A stretch of 62,677 nucleotides of DNA, counting the filler, from Choristocarpus tenellus KU-1152 (lineage: Eukaryota > Protista > Phaeophyceae): the NCBI GenBank assembly GCA_964200185.2. It is 12 parts of 12 records of this genome, joined end to end, with 100 filler letters (N's around TTAATTAATTAA, not from the genome) between each part and the next. Parts side by side here need not be neighbours in the genome. Positions count along the whole stretch, not along the records: positions 46,093 to 56,446 come from CAXNAD020002975.1; positions 56,547 to 59,748 come from CAXNAD020021579.1; positions 59,849 to 62,677 come from CAXNAD020024380.1; 9 more parts are not named here. The stretch is one strand, 5' to 3'. The translations under genes were made by a program, and so were the position numbers. Position 1 is the stretch's first letter; each line of letters begins with the position of its first letter. The notes beneath the pieces were generated by a model that searched no databases, was not told the origin of the DNA, and saw only the letters and a program-made list of their open reading frames with translations. Positions 50,638-62,677 of this stretch are shown in pieces.

Positions 50638-52099
50638 CTCTCAAAGGGATGAAAGAGATAACCTATGGATCGGATTATATACTTCGAGTCATACATACAC
50701 ACACATCTGTGTACATGCATGTACACAAGAAAAGTGAGATTTCTAATCTTTGTGAGTAAAATTGCTTTTTAGTTGTCCAGGTGACTTATCTGGAATCTGT
50801 TTTATTGTTGATGGTGTCTCTTTCACCTGTGTTGTTGTCAATCATGTTAAGAGGCGTGTTACTATTGTAACGCCATGAATGATGTGGGCTTGTTGGCTAG
50901 AGGACCTGAATGTTTCGGTTACACACACCAAGAGAGGGGTTGATGATGAGATAGTGTATCATTTGATCTCTTCCTTGGATTGCACCCTCTCTCTCTCTCT
51001 TTATGTCAATTCCTTCTGTCAACATTGATAGATTCTTCACTTAGGTGTGTATGCTTGATGTAAATATTGGTCTTTCAAAGGAGTTCCCTCTCATACCCAC
51101 AAACACAAAATCTATTTTTTTGTCACCAGTATATGTTTTCAATCTGTTGTATTCTTTGTGTTACGTACCCTAACAAGTTGTTATTTCTCTGATCATGCTT
51201 TTTTTTCCCTTTTTTTTTTGTCACAGTTGAGGATTTTTCTGACCCTCAGGTACCTACAAGTGTTCTTGGCAGGGTTCTCTTTACGTTTGTCAAATTATTT
51301 TGAGATACTTTTTGTTGAAGGTTACACTAGTCATGAGAAAGCGGAAGTGAAGGGGTGTTGTGTTGGAATAATAAGAGCTGAACAGATTATATTTCTGCCT
51401 CGATGTCGGTAGGTGTACATTCCCAGAAGGCAGTACATGCAATTGAGCAACATGATTACATCACAATAGTGTGAGCACCTGGTTGCCCTTCCCTTTGTGA
51501 GGAGCGAAGGACAGGCTCCTTTTTTGGATAATATTGTGTGTTGTATATGGCAAGCTTTAAAGGAGCTGCAGAGTGTTTTCAACCAAAAAAACATATTACA
51601 ACATATATTAGAACTACTGCTGTACTACGACATGGGATATCAAGCAACTACCTGCAGAGGATATAATGATAGTCTCTAAAAAAAGGAAGGAAACCAGTTG
51701 AACAACAAACGAGTTGCCTTTTCAAGAACAATTTCTTGCTCGCTTGTTAGTTGTGGGGATAACGTTGTGTTTATCGTTTTCTCTATTAGTGGTCCTCTAA
51801 TTAGAGAAGGGTTCAATTTGGACTTTCCTTATCATGCAGTGAGGGAAATGCTGGAGTCAATGAGGAACTTCAATGTGAGAAGGAATCTACCCTGCTCGCA
51901 TCCAATCACTTGTTGAAGATTTGAAGGATTTGGTTGGGCAGAGCAGAAAGCGCTATTACATGATGGTCACGATTTCTGTAGACAACAAGAAACATAACTT
52001 GAATGTGCTCTAATTTGCGGCCAATCCATCAGGTCTTCAAATCGGTGCCAAGCCCAGCCCTCCACAAAGTTATTTTGTCGAATATTGGTATGTCGTACT

Positions 52100-52146
52100 G
52101 GGTGAAAGTATCTGGGGGGGGGGGGTGCCGGCGTCCGTTTTTGACC
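52100..52146 (+). mobile_element. Family A-like left TIR of a further element
   Basis: GGGTGAAAGTATCT, G-tract, then GCGTCCGTTT subterminal variant. Confidence 0.6.
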
Positions 52147-52271
52147 TACTTGTCTATTATAGGGGCAATCGGTTGAAATACTTACGACTGAGTGCCCTGG
52201 TGGTAGAGTGGTGTCTCAACATTTCTAATGTTTCTTCACAATATTATGTTTTTTCTCATATTTCTCGTTCT

Positions 52272-52533
52272 ACGTGAGAGTATCTTAGAGGGTACGGGTT
52301 TTTCCCTCTTTGTCCATTTGGGGGCTTGTCTTCCCATGTCTTTTTTTATGACATTTTCCTACTCCAAAATACTTCGAGTAGGTAAAATGTAGACATTATA
52401 AAAAGGTGTGTCCAGAACAAGGGTATTGATACTTCGGCCTAACAAACACGATAATAAATAGTACATCAAAGTTACAACATTGGATTGTGGCCCCCAAATG
52501 GACGCGGCTCTTCCCTCTAAGATACTTTGGCTC
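52272..52533 (-). mobile_element. MITE family B, reverse copy; TSD TTCT
   Basis: TTCT|ACGTGAGAGTATCTTAGAGGGTA ... CCCTCTAAGATACTTTGGCTC|TTCT. Confidence 0.92.
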
Positions 52534-52638
52534 TTCTCCAATAAGACTGCAGCATTTTATTTGAATTTCAAGTCATCGATGGAAAACACTTACTGCTACT
52601 ATGGTGTTGGCAATCTCCTCTAGGATCAGACTGGCCTA

Positions 52639-52940
52639 GATTAGTTTCGAGGTGATGTAAGGCGTTCTGATCGGTGATCAGCATATCAAATTAGAGCTTG
52701 ATATCAAATGGTGTCTGTCGATTGAGGCAAAGAAATCTGGTTGCAATTTTATTTTTGTTGAGTTAGTAAATGTCAAAAGGTTCGCTTGAATAGCCCCAAA
52801 AAAGGAAAATTGATGAAAATCTTATCAAGATATTTTTTTGCGACCAGACTTCTTTGCCCCATTCGACTACCTATGATCTCAGCTTTAATTTGATGTGATG
52901 ATCACCGATCAACTCGCCTTACATCACCTCGAAATTAATC
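52639..52940. mobile_element. Fold-back element (~300 bp) with ~65-bp imperfect TIRs, unrelated to families A-C
   Basis: GATTAGTTTCGAGGTGATGTAAGGCG..GATCGGTGATCA..ATCAAATT pairs with AATTTGAT..TGATCACCGATC..CGCCTTACATCACCTCGAAATTAATC. Confidence 0.75.
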
Positions 52941-55180
52941 AAGATGAACCGACCTCGAGGGTTTCGTTCCTCCAAACACGTTCTGTGCGAGGCTTTCGGA
53001 GATTAACCTTCGCACGCAGCTCACTACAACATAGAGTGTCCACACAGAACTCGGCACAATGGCTGTGGAAGTCCCTCTATTGAAGGACATGCTGGATATC
53101 GTGGTGCGGTCACTACCTCCGGTCTTCAAGTTTCACAGAAGTCGAAAGCTGAGGTTGGGCGGAGCACACGTGCTGGTGATTGCCGCATGTCGAGAGGGGG
53201 ACTCGCGTTTGATTGAGTGGACCAGTCAATCACTGCGGAACAAGAAATCAAAGAGGGGTCGTGACTACGACGGAGAGAGTGTATTCTTGGTCAAGCTCGA
53301 TGATGAGGGCTGGCTGGCTGGCTGGTGTCTGATGAGCTTTTAGGCATAACAATAGAACTACAATAATAATGAAGAGTCTAGGGTTACACACAGACAGATG
53401 AGACATGGAGGATCACGAATCTTCTTCTCCGGTGAAAAAACTCGTCCTGACAGAGGATAAACAGCCCTCCAAGCCATATACTGGATGACGGACGGACGGA
53501 TGTCAATGTACCTTGATTTTAGTGAGGAATATCCCCCTCTCGCTCATCGCACGACAACCAACCCCAACCTATCTAATAATGTTAGGAGTGACTCAAGGGT
53601 CACACCAAGCTTATTTCGACAAAAACTCGACTCCGATCAAAAGTTAGAGAGCAGGACAAATTCTGTGTTAGAGGCCACTGCCAACGCCATATTGTTTCAA
53701 GAGAGGAAGGAGACCACTATTGTGGTAAGGTCTAGTGACTACCACCTATTGTTCATGTGGTGATTATGGGAATCAAGTCTTGGCATATCATTCTTTTATT
53801 TGTATTTCAGGGTGTGAGAATGCCCTGGGCGAGTAGTGAGCGAGGTTGGTAAAGCCATGAACTTGAACCAATGACACGTAGAGGGCCTATGGTCACCTAA
53901 TTGGGAGCCTGTAATAGGAATATATGCAGCAGAAGGAGGGGATGGATTATTCAGGATCCTTATTAGTTCTCACGGAACTGTGTACAACACGATGGCCTAC
54001 CTAAGCATGGATGTACGACTACACCATTCAAAACTATATATAATAAAATCGTTTTCTGGGGGCCAACCATCCCCTGAAGGTCTGGAAAATTGGTTTGACT
54101 ACAACTACAAGGGAAGGGTGGGGGGTGCCAAGATAGTTACAGATGATGCCCATATCCATCCAACCTATTTGCGCCTTGTAACATTTGCGAATATTTGTAA
54201 TGTCTCGCTAATAGTACAAACTCCTAAAGGTATTGGCACTCCAAGTTACTACTGCTGTATTCATATAGCTACAAGTGAACATGTAGGTATTCTGTCCATC
54301 ATCAGGCATCACCACACACACCTTCCCGCCTACCTGCAGTCCGAACATTTTGACATACAGTATTGAAAGTGTGTAGTTGGTGTCCATGACATTTATTACC
54401 TGCCAAGATTCGGCCCTGTGATGCATTCACTATCCTATACACCCCTCCCCATGGTAGAGTCACCCCTTGGCACAGTTTCCCCTTTCCACAGTCCAATCTA
54501 AGTGTTGCCCAGGCGCACGCACGCACACACAAACACACACACACACATGCACACAAATGCCCCTATCTCTGGTCAGAGGCTCTCCTCCTCTTTGCTCCTG
54601 AGAGGTACACAGTTCATGCCAATAGAGGGGTGGGCAGAGTACTCTCGAGGAGAGAGAGTCATCAGTCCTGTTGTTCCCTTGCCAGTGAGTGCGATTACAT
54701 AGCTTGGACCTGAGCATTTTGCCCCCTCTGCATACGCGAGAGGTCTCTAGGACCAACCTCACGCGTCATCCTTGGGAATGAAAGCACTGTAGTAGTGCCT
54801 GATTCTGGTCTCAACACAAGCTTTAGCAGTCTCATGCTGTCAGTGATTTATTTAACAGTGATGTCTGCCAACTTTCGACAGAGCGACAACCTAACACCTT
54901 TTACTCCCCGGGTGTAGTCGCAGACACAATGAAATAACACTCCGCACACTCCACGCATATGCATAGATAGCTCTCAATCATAAAGGTTACTCATTAAAGT
55001 GGGCACACTTCCCAAGCACAACTTCAAACATCACACTGCGCCCTGACCTTGAATTTTCTATCTGACTTCGGACCATGAAAGCACTTTATGACAAGAAGTA
55101 CTGGTGTTAGCATCTTGTTTTCATTTTTTTTAATAAAGAATGTGTGGCATTGATGGGGTCAAAAAACACTTCGAAAACAT

Positions 55181-55262
55181 TAACGACGGCGAGGTTTGAA
55201 CTCGCGAACCCTAAGGGACCGGTGCTTGAAACCGGCGCATTTGACCACTCTGCAACGTCGTT
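55181..55262 (-). tRNA. trnL-CAA: tRNA-Leu (CAA), intronless, 82 nt
   Basis: Acceptor stem AACGACG/CGTCGTT plus discriminator A; D arm GCA-GAGTGGTCAAA-TGC; anticodon stem CCGGT/ACCGG with loop TT-CAA-GC; long variable arm; T arm GCGAG-TTCAAAC-CTCGC; downstream T4 and T6 Pol III terminator runs. Confidence 0.93.
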
Positions 55263-56546
55263 GACGATTACTTCATAGTGGAAAAACATAAAAACAAGGA
55301 TACAATCTTGAACAAAGGTAACCTGATAAATAGTTTTGTACAGGTATCTCTTACATTTACGACCACTGTTAGTTTACAGGGATCTTTGTAACATTGATTG
55401 GATTTTTCCCTGACACAGCTCCAAAATGTCAAAGGGCATAATAATATATAAAGGAATCCCAGTAACTCAGTTCAGAACAATAGTGATGATGTATACATTC
55501 GCTACAATTACGTCCTCTAACAAGACGAGTCAGAGTAGAGGGTGTTCACCAAGTTATTAAAGTTTTGGGTCAGGATCATCCAACGAGGTATGAGGTCTAT
55601 CTAATCACACAAACAGTCCTCGTTCATACGGAGGAAAAGACAGGCCAGCATTACCTCACTCTTGGTGTGACGCACGTCCATGGAGATTGTGACAGGCCAT
55701 CATATAGCCAAATTGTAGCTGGAACATGGTGTTAGAAGCACTGTATTTCACGAAAACACATTCAGGAACCCCTACTTACGATATCGAAAGAGAGGAGAGG
55801 AAAATGCCCAAACATAAAGGAACAGGATGAAATAGCTCAGCTCGAATAGGCCCATATTCGAATACACAAACGTCCTATGCATAGTTGGGTGGATACGTTC
55901 CAACACAGCATTACCTTGTGGTCTATATGGGGTCGTTTCAGCCTTCTCACGCTGCTACTGACACAACAGTTTATTCTCAAATTCTGATCCTTGATCTGAG
56001 TGTAGTGGCTTTTGTGGACCAAAAATGGAGAAAAACACGATCCACTAGTGCTTCGAGAACCGTTTTTGCATATTTGACATACCTGTCAGAATGGCAAAAC
56101 GAATTGAATAACCCACAGCTGGCAACATATATTTGATTTTTTTTTTGAACTTTGCACTACTAGGTCAACTGCAAGAGGTCAAAACAGTCAATACATATGA
56201 TCTACAGGTAGGGGTACTGGCCGATGTGACTATTTACATCGCTGACAAGCCTGATGATACTCACACCAAGTCTTTTCATTCTTAAGATATGTTGGGCATC
56301 AAAGTCGGTCACGATGTGACCACAAATATTATTGAAATCAAGGTGCCCAGAGACTTTGTCGTCATGCAGACCGTGGAGAACAAGTTTATTGAATTCTCTG
56401 GGTATAACAAGTTGATCATGGAACGAGTCATTATTACGAAGTTGTCNNNNNNNNNNNNNNNNNNNNNNNNNNNNNNNNNNNNNNNNNNNNTTAATTAATT
56501 AANNNNNNNNNNNNNNNNNNNNNNNNNNNNNNNNNNNNNNNNNNNN

Positions 56547-56570
56547 CCCCCCCCCCAGATACTTTGACCC
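56547..56570. mobile_element. Family A-type TIR end (contig start)
   Basis: C-tract followed by AGATACTTTGACCC. Confidence 0.75.
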
Positions 56571-57140
56571 TTTATATCATTAATAGTATGGAGGTGGGTC
56601 TGTTCACGACCTCCTTACGCTGCCACGAGAGGGTTGTGGTAGATTTCTGTATTTTCTTTTTAACTTGACTTTTAGGGTTGTTTTTTTTTTGGGGGGGGGG
56701 TGGAATTTAATGGGACTGCATTGCACCACCGCCTGCTTGCATTATCAATGCATCAGGGTGTTGTACATCTACAACCTCTGGTTATTTTGAGTGGTACTCA
56801 AGTAGTAGTTATGGAGTGAGGGTTCAACAGACATTGACATTGAAATTGAAATTGACATTGAAGGGTCAGCGGACTGACTGCTGTGGCAATGAGGAATCAG
56901 TACTGTGTGTGTATTGATTGCTGCTATTTTATTAGTAGTAGTAGCAGTAGTAGTAGTAGTATTATTATTATTATTACTTGACTGTTGTAGCAATAGTAAG
57001 AATAACTTATGCCTACATACTCCGGAATAAATAAATAAATAAAATCTTGCACGCACACCAACAGTGGTACATCTCTCCCTCCCTCTCCCTCTCCCTCTCC
57101 CTCTCCCTCTCTCCCTTCGCTGTCAACCTGTTTTGTTCAG

Positions 57141-58534
57141 GTGAAGATCTACTTTGCTCTCATGCACCTTCACCCAATAGACCTACGCCTCACCTACAGA
57201 AGCACCCCTGGGGAATGGGTTGGCGATGCTGAAGAGCTCACTCTCGCTACAATGGCACAACTTGATGAGGCCAGGTGAGGAAAAAAAAAAAAAAAAAACT
57301 CCCGTCCCCCCGTCCCCCCATCCCTTGACATTGCTTGTTCCTGTTGGGCAACCCACAAAGACCCTTTTTGAGTAACTGATGCTTCTGTTTTCATTGGCGG
57401 CAAATATTGGATTCCGTTCCTGTTGAGTGTAGGGCGCATCTCGCCTTCCTGATACTGTGTCTCGGCATAGTGTTTTTTATTATTATTTTTATGAAAGGCG
57501 TTGTTGGTAGGTGGAGGTGGAGGGGATGGGGGGGGGGGGGGCAGTTTTGGAGGGTAGTGAAGCGATCTACGCAATATGCAAAGGTGTGTTCTTCAGGGAC
57601 TAGTCTACTGCAGCAACAAGGTCAACATTGAAAGGGGCTGAGACATCGAAACACTTTAAGGGAGGATCGGAAATTGTGTTTTCTTTTACATTACATTTTT
57701 AACCTTCTTGACTCTCCATGGCATCGGCCTGTGTTCATTTTTTTTTTATTGTGTATATAGTATTATTCTAACCGTGATTTTTTTTTGGGGGGAAAGGGAT
57801 CTATCAGATGATTGTGTTCTGTTGTAAAGGAAGTAGGGTTTCCATTGGAGGGCTAAGGCGTTCTTCCTGCTTCTTGTGCTTGGAGACACAATGGATGCAT
57901 GGACGCATGAATCACTCGGCATTAGATTTTGGGGGGGGGTATACCATGTTGTTTGAACTTATGTTTTGAACTTGGACACACTATTTCCCTCTCCTTCCAG
58001 TCCTTATTTTCCTCTACCTCATTGTCACCAACTCTCACCACCTTCTCTTTCCTTAGTGCCTGTTAAGCTGTCCTTGACGATCTGTTGTCCCACACAAGCA
58101 GTTGTTATATTATTATTTATTGGCTTGTATCCCAGTTGAGAAGAGAGTGAGACATCATCACCAGGTGGGGTTCACCAATCCTTGCAGTGAAGAAAAACTC
58201 AGCAAAACCAAGAGACCCGACAGTTCTCTGGAACACTTCAGGAACGTTCCCTACTCCAATATTCCGCAAGAACTTTGTCTGATAAGATACCCTAACCCTA
58301 AATATCCCGAGTGTCCCACAGCGTCATTTGTGCATACTACATTCAATATGAGTTTCAATCTCACATTATTCTCACAAATGGATAAGCATAATCTCAACAG
58401 TACCCGTCCTTGACCCTACACCCTTGTATCACAGGATCTGTCTCAACGCCCTTCAGCTGGAACATGCCTTTGGTGGCAGGGCTCTCTTTGCAGAGATGGT
58501 CCTCAAGCACTACCGGCTTGCTTTCCTCAAACAG
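57141..58534 (+). CDS. VPS13: VPS13-family lipid-transfer protein, C-terminal region, partial (exons 57141-57274, 58435-58534)
   Basis: Spliced VKIYFALMHLHPIDLRLTY...AQLDEA|RICLNALQLEHAFGG..L...VLKHY..AFLKQ matches the VPS13 C-terminal IYF..L.LHPI...LNAL.LEH..HY...Q pattern; phase-consistent GT-AG. Confidence 0.85.
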
Positions 58535-58563
58535 GTGTGTGTGTACATAAGCATCATCTCTCC

Positions 58564-58597
<34 letters not shown>

Positions 58598-60620
58598 CCT
58601 TATTGTAGGCCACCATCACCGCCAACTGCCATGGAAAACCTGCAGCCCTCTCGCTCTCTGGGTGCAGTTACGTGTTAGTTTGTTGGTTTTCAGCAGATTC
58701 CCGAGTTCTTTTTGATTCAAATTGTTCTGTAGCTTTGACAGTATACATACAGTGCTGTCAAGCGCAGAGTGAAAATTATATTTTTTGTGTTGTTGAGCTA
58801 ATTGAGCTAACTGACCTTTTGCTGCCTATACATGGTACTGTGAATGTAGAAATATGTACCACTGTGTACTTGGTACCAAGTGCGAGGTACCTTGTACGTG
58901 GTACCCCAGTACTTGATGGTTCTCGAGTTAGAGGGTAAAAGGCGGGAAGGTGTGTAGTACTCAGGTTGTGCTTGTTGCTACGATCGGAATTGAATTAACC
59001 TTAACTCTTTGTGATAATTGGTTGCTGTAGTGTACTTACTCCACAGGAATCCATCATCACTTTTGTTTGCTTACAATCCCTTCTTCTCCTGCCCCCCCCC
59101 CTCACCCATGGTACCACTATCCCCTACGCTGTTTGTTGTTGTTCGGTTGCCTCGAGGTAGAGGGGTTGGGTTCTTCTAGTTATGATGGAGGGCGTCTGGT
59201 GTTGGTGGTAGATAATAGATACTCTATATTTTTTTATTGCATTTTTTTTTATTTGAAGGGGGGTTTGAGTCTACTGTTGCTGTTTTAAACCAGTTTGTAC
59301 GATATTATACTTTAAAATATTAAAAAATATATATATTGTACAGTTTGTTCCAAGAATATATATTTTTTATTTCTGCGTTGACTTGATGCTCCAACCAGCT
59401 GGTCCCTATTACAGGACTACTACATTACTGCTCCTTGAAGGGAAGGTGTCACTGTAATGATACCACTGTTTTTGTGTTTGCTCAAGGATGTATGTTCAAC
59501 CCTAACCCTTAAAGACATACTGCATGTGCCCTATTTTTATTCTTATTCTTTTTCTTTTTCTTATAATGAAACAATAAGAATGTGAGCAACAAGTCCTGAG
59601 TAACCCCCCCCCCATATCCACAGACACACACTCCTCTGCCTCCATCCTGGTGTCATCATGTGTTCACATGGTCATTCCTGACACAATCTTTTCTCTGTGT
59701 GTGTGTGTGTGTGTCTGTGTGTGTTCGGGGGGGGGGGTGTCCTGCCTANNNNNNNNNNNNNNNNNNNNNNNNNNNNNNNNNNNNNNNNNNNNTTAATTAA
59801 TTAANNNNNNNNNNNNNNNNNNNNNNNNNNNNNNNNNNNNNNNNNNNNAAGATGAAACCTAAATCCACATGAGGATGTTTGATCTTGACACAAGTTGAGA
59901 GTGGGACAAAGGGCTGATTGCCACGCGACCACCTCAACAATTTTGTACCACCCCACACCTGTGAGTGTTGGTGTAAGCATAAAACACAAAGTGATAGTTG
60001 CAAATATGGTATAGTATAAGTTGCTACAACACACAGCGATAATGTATCGCATAGTGCACACTATGATGAGTTAGTGATGACAGTAATAATGTCATCCGAC
60101 TCAGAGCATCCACGGATGTATGAGAGTGCCTCATTGTTGTGTGAAAAGCAATCCAATATATGAGTGTGTGTGTCAATTGTGCTATCTTGCCTTCACCTCC
60201 GGTGGCGAGCTCCCATTTCACTTGAACCTTCACCCCTTGAACGTCATGAAGGAGACCCAGAAACTCAAGGACAAGGAAGAGTACCCTGGCACCTCACCTG
60301 CGCTCTGCTGCCACTACCATCACTACTTCTACTACTGACAGTGCAAGTTATGGGTAGATCCTCAAATGCCATGTGGTGGCGTTGTACGAACTCTGATTCT
60401 TCTTCCAAGTGTATATGACTATATTACATTTATTTGGTCCTCTTTTGTAGATTTTCGTCTAATGTTTCACATGGCAAGGTACTATAAGACTGCCTAATGG
60501 TTCTTCTAGACTAATGCAGGTAGGCTGAAGAAGAAAATACTAGTTTCTTATTCTCCCAAACCCAGTTGTGAGGCGTTGTCGTTCAGCCCCCCCCCCAACA
60601 ACTGTTGCTGTTCATCTCTT

Positions 60621-60883
60621 AGCCAAAGTAAACGAGAGGCACCCAGGTTTTGGCCGTTTTCTACTTCAAGATATATTTTCATCATTTAGAATCGATCGTT
60701 CTAAGAATAAAGTACTAGAATTGGCTTCAGAGCATTAATTTCTGTTTTGTTTAAGAAATTTCGACAGGATTCAGAAAGTTCCCTTCATCCATTTGCAGAA
60801 TAGAGCCGATATTTGCACATAGTCTGAAGTATTTGTCATATCCTAAAATTGAAACCCTGTGTACCTCTAGTTGACTTTGACTC
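60621..60883 (+). mobile_element. MITE family C; TSD TCTT
   Basis: TCTT|AGCCAAAGTAAACGAGAGGCAC ... GTACCTCTAGTTGACTTTGACTC|TCTT; homologous to 5253-5515. Confidence 0.82.
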
Positions 60884-61488
60884 TCTTATTTTCCTCCTTC
60901 ATTCCTCGCACTCACACCAATCACTATGTAAGTACACCCCTCAACATCTTGTATGTATGCATGCATTATGTATATATGTAGTGTCCTTGAGTGTGTCTCA
61001 TCCGTTATCATTTCTTGAGTCTTGTTGAATTACTACATTTATTGTTGGGTATGCGTTGGCAGGCTAATTGAGTAAGAACAACCTGTGTGTGTGTGTGCGT
61101 GTGTGTGTCGTTTCAGCACAAGAGGGTAGTATGTTTATGAATGTTGTAAGCATTGATTGGATGATGGAGTGCTCTTTGAAAAGGCTTGTGATGTTGTGAA
61201 GGGAAAAGCTTTGCTCAGTGCAACGAATCACGGACAATTTCCAATTTGTTTAGTCATACTGTGTGCTCTGCGAAGACGCTTGCATTGCAACCTTGTGGGG
61301 GTGAAAGATTGTGGATATATCAACTCCAAAAATATAGCATCCAGGCATGTGTTCATGGATAGTGCTGCTGATACACTATTGACACCACTGGTGGAGTAGA
61401 TAATAGGATGGAGAGCAAGTGATAGATATACCATATGTATTGACACACAAGTGTCCACTGATTTGTGTGATGTTCTAGATACGCTTGT

Positions 61489-61746
61489 GAGTGAAAGTAT
61501 CTTACAGGGTACGAGTTTTTCCCTGTTTGTCCATTTGGGGCTTGGCTTCCCAAGGGTTTTTAATGACATTTTAACTACTCTAAAATGTTTCAGAGTAGAT
61601 AAAATGTGTATGTTATGAAAAGGTATATTCGGAACAAGGATATTGACATTTCCGAACAAACTTGATAGCAAAAATTACATCAAAATTGCAACATTGGATT
61701 TTGGTCCCCAAATGGACGCGGCTCTACCCTCTAAGGTATTTGACTC
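61489..61746 (-). mobile_element. MITE family B, reverse copy; TSD TTGT
   Basis: TTGT|GAGTGAAAGTATCTTACAGGGTA ... TACCCTCTAAGGTATTTGACTC|TTGT. Confidence 0.93.
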
Positions 61747-62633
61747 TTGTTGTACTGAAGACAAGCAAGCAAGTAATTCATAGTAAGTTAGTGTGGACGA
61801 CTGCAAACCCCAAACTACGGGAAGAGTAATGGGTGCCACCAGTTGTGAGCCCATGAGTTCGGTCAACGGAATTGAGATGCCCCTAACAACATTGACGTTA
61901 TTTATTCACACCAACAAGCATTGTCCTCTACCAAGGCACACGATTCATCACCTTAACCGCGGGTCCAGTGTGGAATAATCCAACAGTATGTAGAGATGTC
62001 CACGAAGAGTTTACTAAAGGAAGCAAGCGGAGTATCTGCCTTATCATACCCTCAATGCAGTCTTGGAACACAACACCAATCGCCCTATCTATGAAAAGAG
62101 TATCCAAGTCCCAGATGTAGGGAAAAAAAAATGTCCGTATCTAGGTCAGCGACTATGGGCAAAGTGATTGTTGGCTAAATGAGCTTGTGTGCCATGTACG
62201 TGTACCAATCCACGAGCAGAAACAGCAACGTACAGAAGGAAACAGACCCATGAGTATGTGCGTATGAGACGAACTATTACATTTCAGATGTTGAGATGTC
62301 TGCATAGTCATACTCTGGCTGGACAGTATCACGAGGCAAGACAAGTCACGACCATGGGAGGATCTTGGACAAAAATGCGAGTCAACTAGAGTAGACTATG
62401 ATTCCATAATGAATTATACTACTATATAGCTACTACTTTCAGATACGATAACAACGTTGTTTGTTGTTGCTGTGACAAATGATAACGATAAATTGTATAA
62501 TCTTATTCTGCTTCACAGCATCAAATCTCTTAACAAATTTCAATCCTTAACTAACTCAATGATGTATTTTTTCTGTAGAGAACAATATCAAGTGGAAAAA
62601 TAAATGCATAGTAACTAATGGCTGGTGTCTCAA

Positions 62634-62677
62634 GAGTCGAAACGTATCTGGGGGGGGGGGGGAAGGTCTATACCAGA
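62634..62677 (+). mobile_element. Family A-like TIR start at window end
   Basis: GAGTCGAAACGTATCT followed by a G-tract and GGTCTATACCAG (compare GGTCTACACCAG at about 7390). Confidence 0.7.

Noticed and set aside
55181-55262. tRNA-Sec or opal suppressor (TCA in the anticodon loop)
   Set aside because: With the CCGGT/ACCGG stem the 7-nt loop is TT-CAA-GC, so the anticodon is CAA. The 7-bp acceptor stem and A discriminator fit Leu.

Overview
Eukaryotic genomic DNA: 12 short contigs joined by 11 artificial 100-bp linkers (N44-TTAATTAATTAA-N44), so adjacency across linkers is unproven. Long GT-AG introns, TTAGGG-type repeats and protein style suggest a stramenopile, probably a brown alga or close relative (inference). 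Host genes recovered by manual splicing: phosphoserine phosphatase (near complete), AP-1 gamma-adaptin (partial), VPS13 C-terminus (partial), a >1350-aa methyltransferase-TPR-glycosyltransferase fusion (partial) and tRNA-Leu(CAA). The main hidden structure is a DNA-transposon system. An intron-split, decaying Sola-type (DUF7869-like) DDD transposase lies at about 16.1-18.7 kb and is not visible as a single ORF. With it are more than 20 copies or fragments of at least three MITE families (about 180, 260 and 260 bp) with largely different bodies. They share G(A/G)NNNAAAGTA(TCT) termini and 4-bp target duplications in several copies, and two families share a subterminal inverted GTCCATTTGGG motif. 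Many contigs break within or next to the poly-G/C tracts of these TIRs. Family assignments rest on remembered motifs, not database searches.
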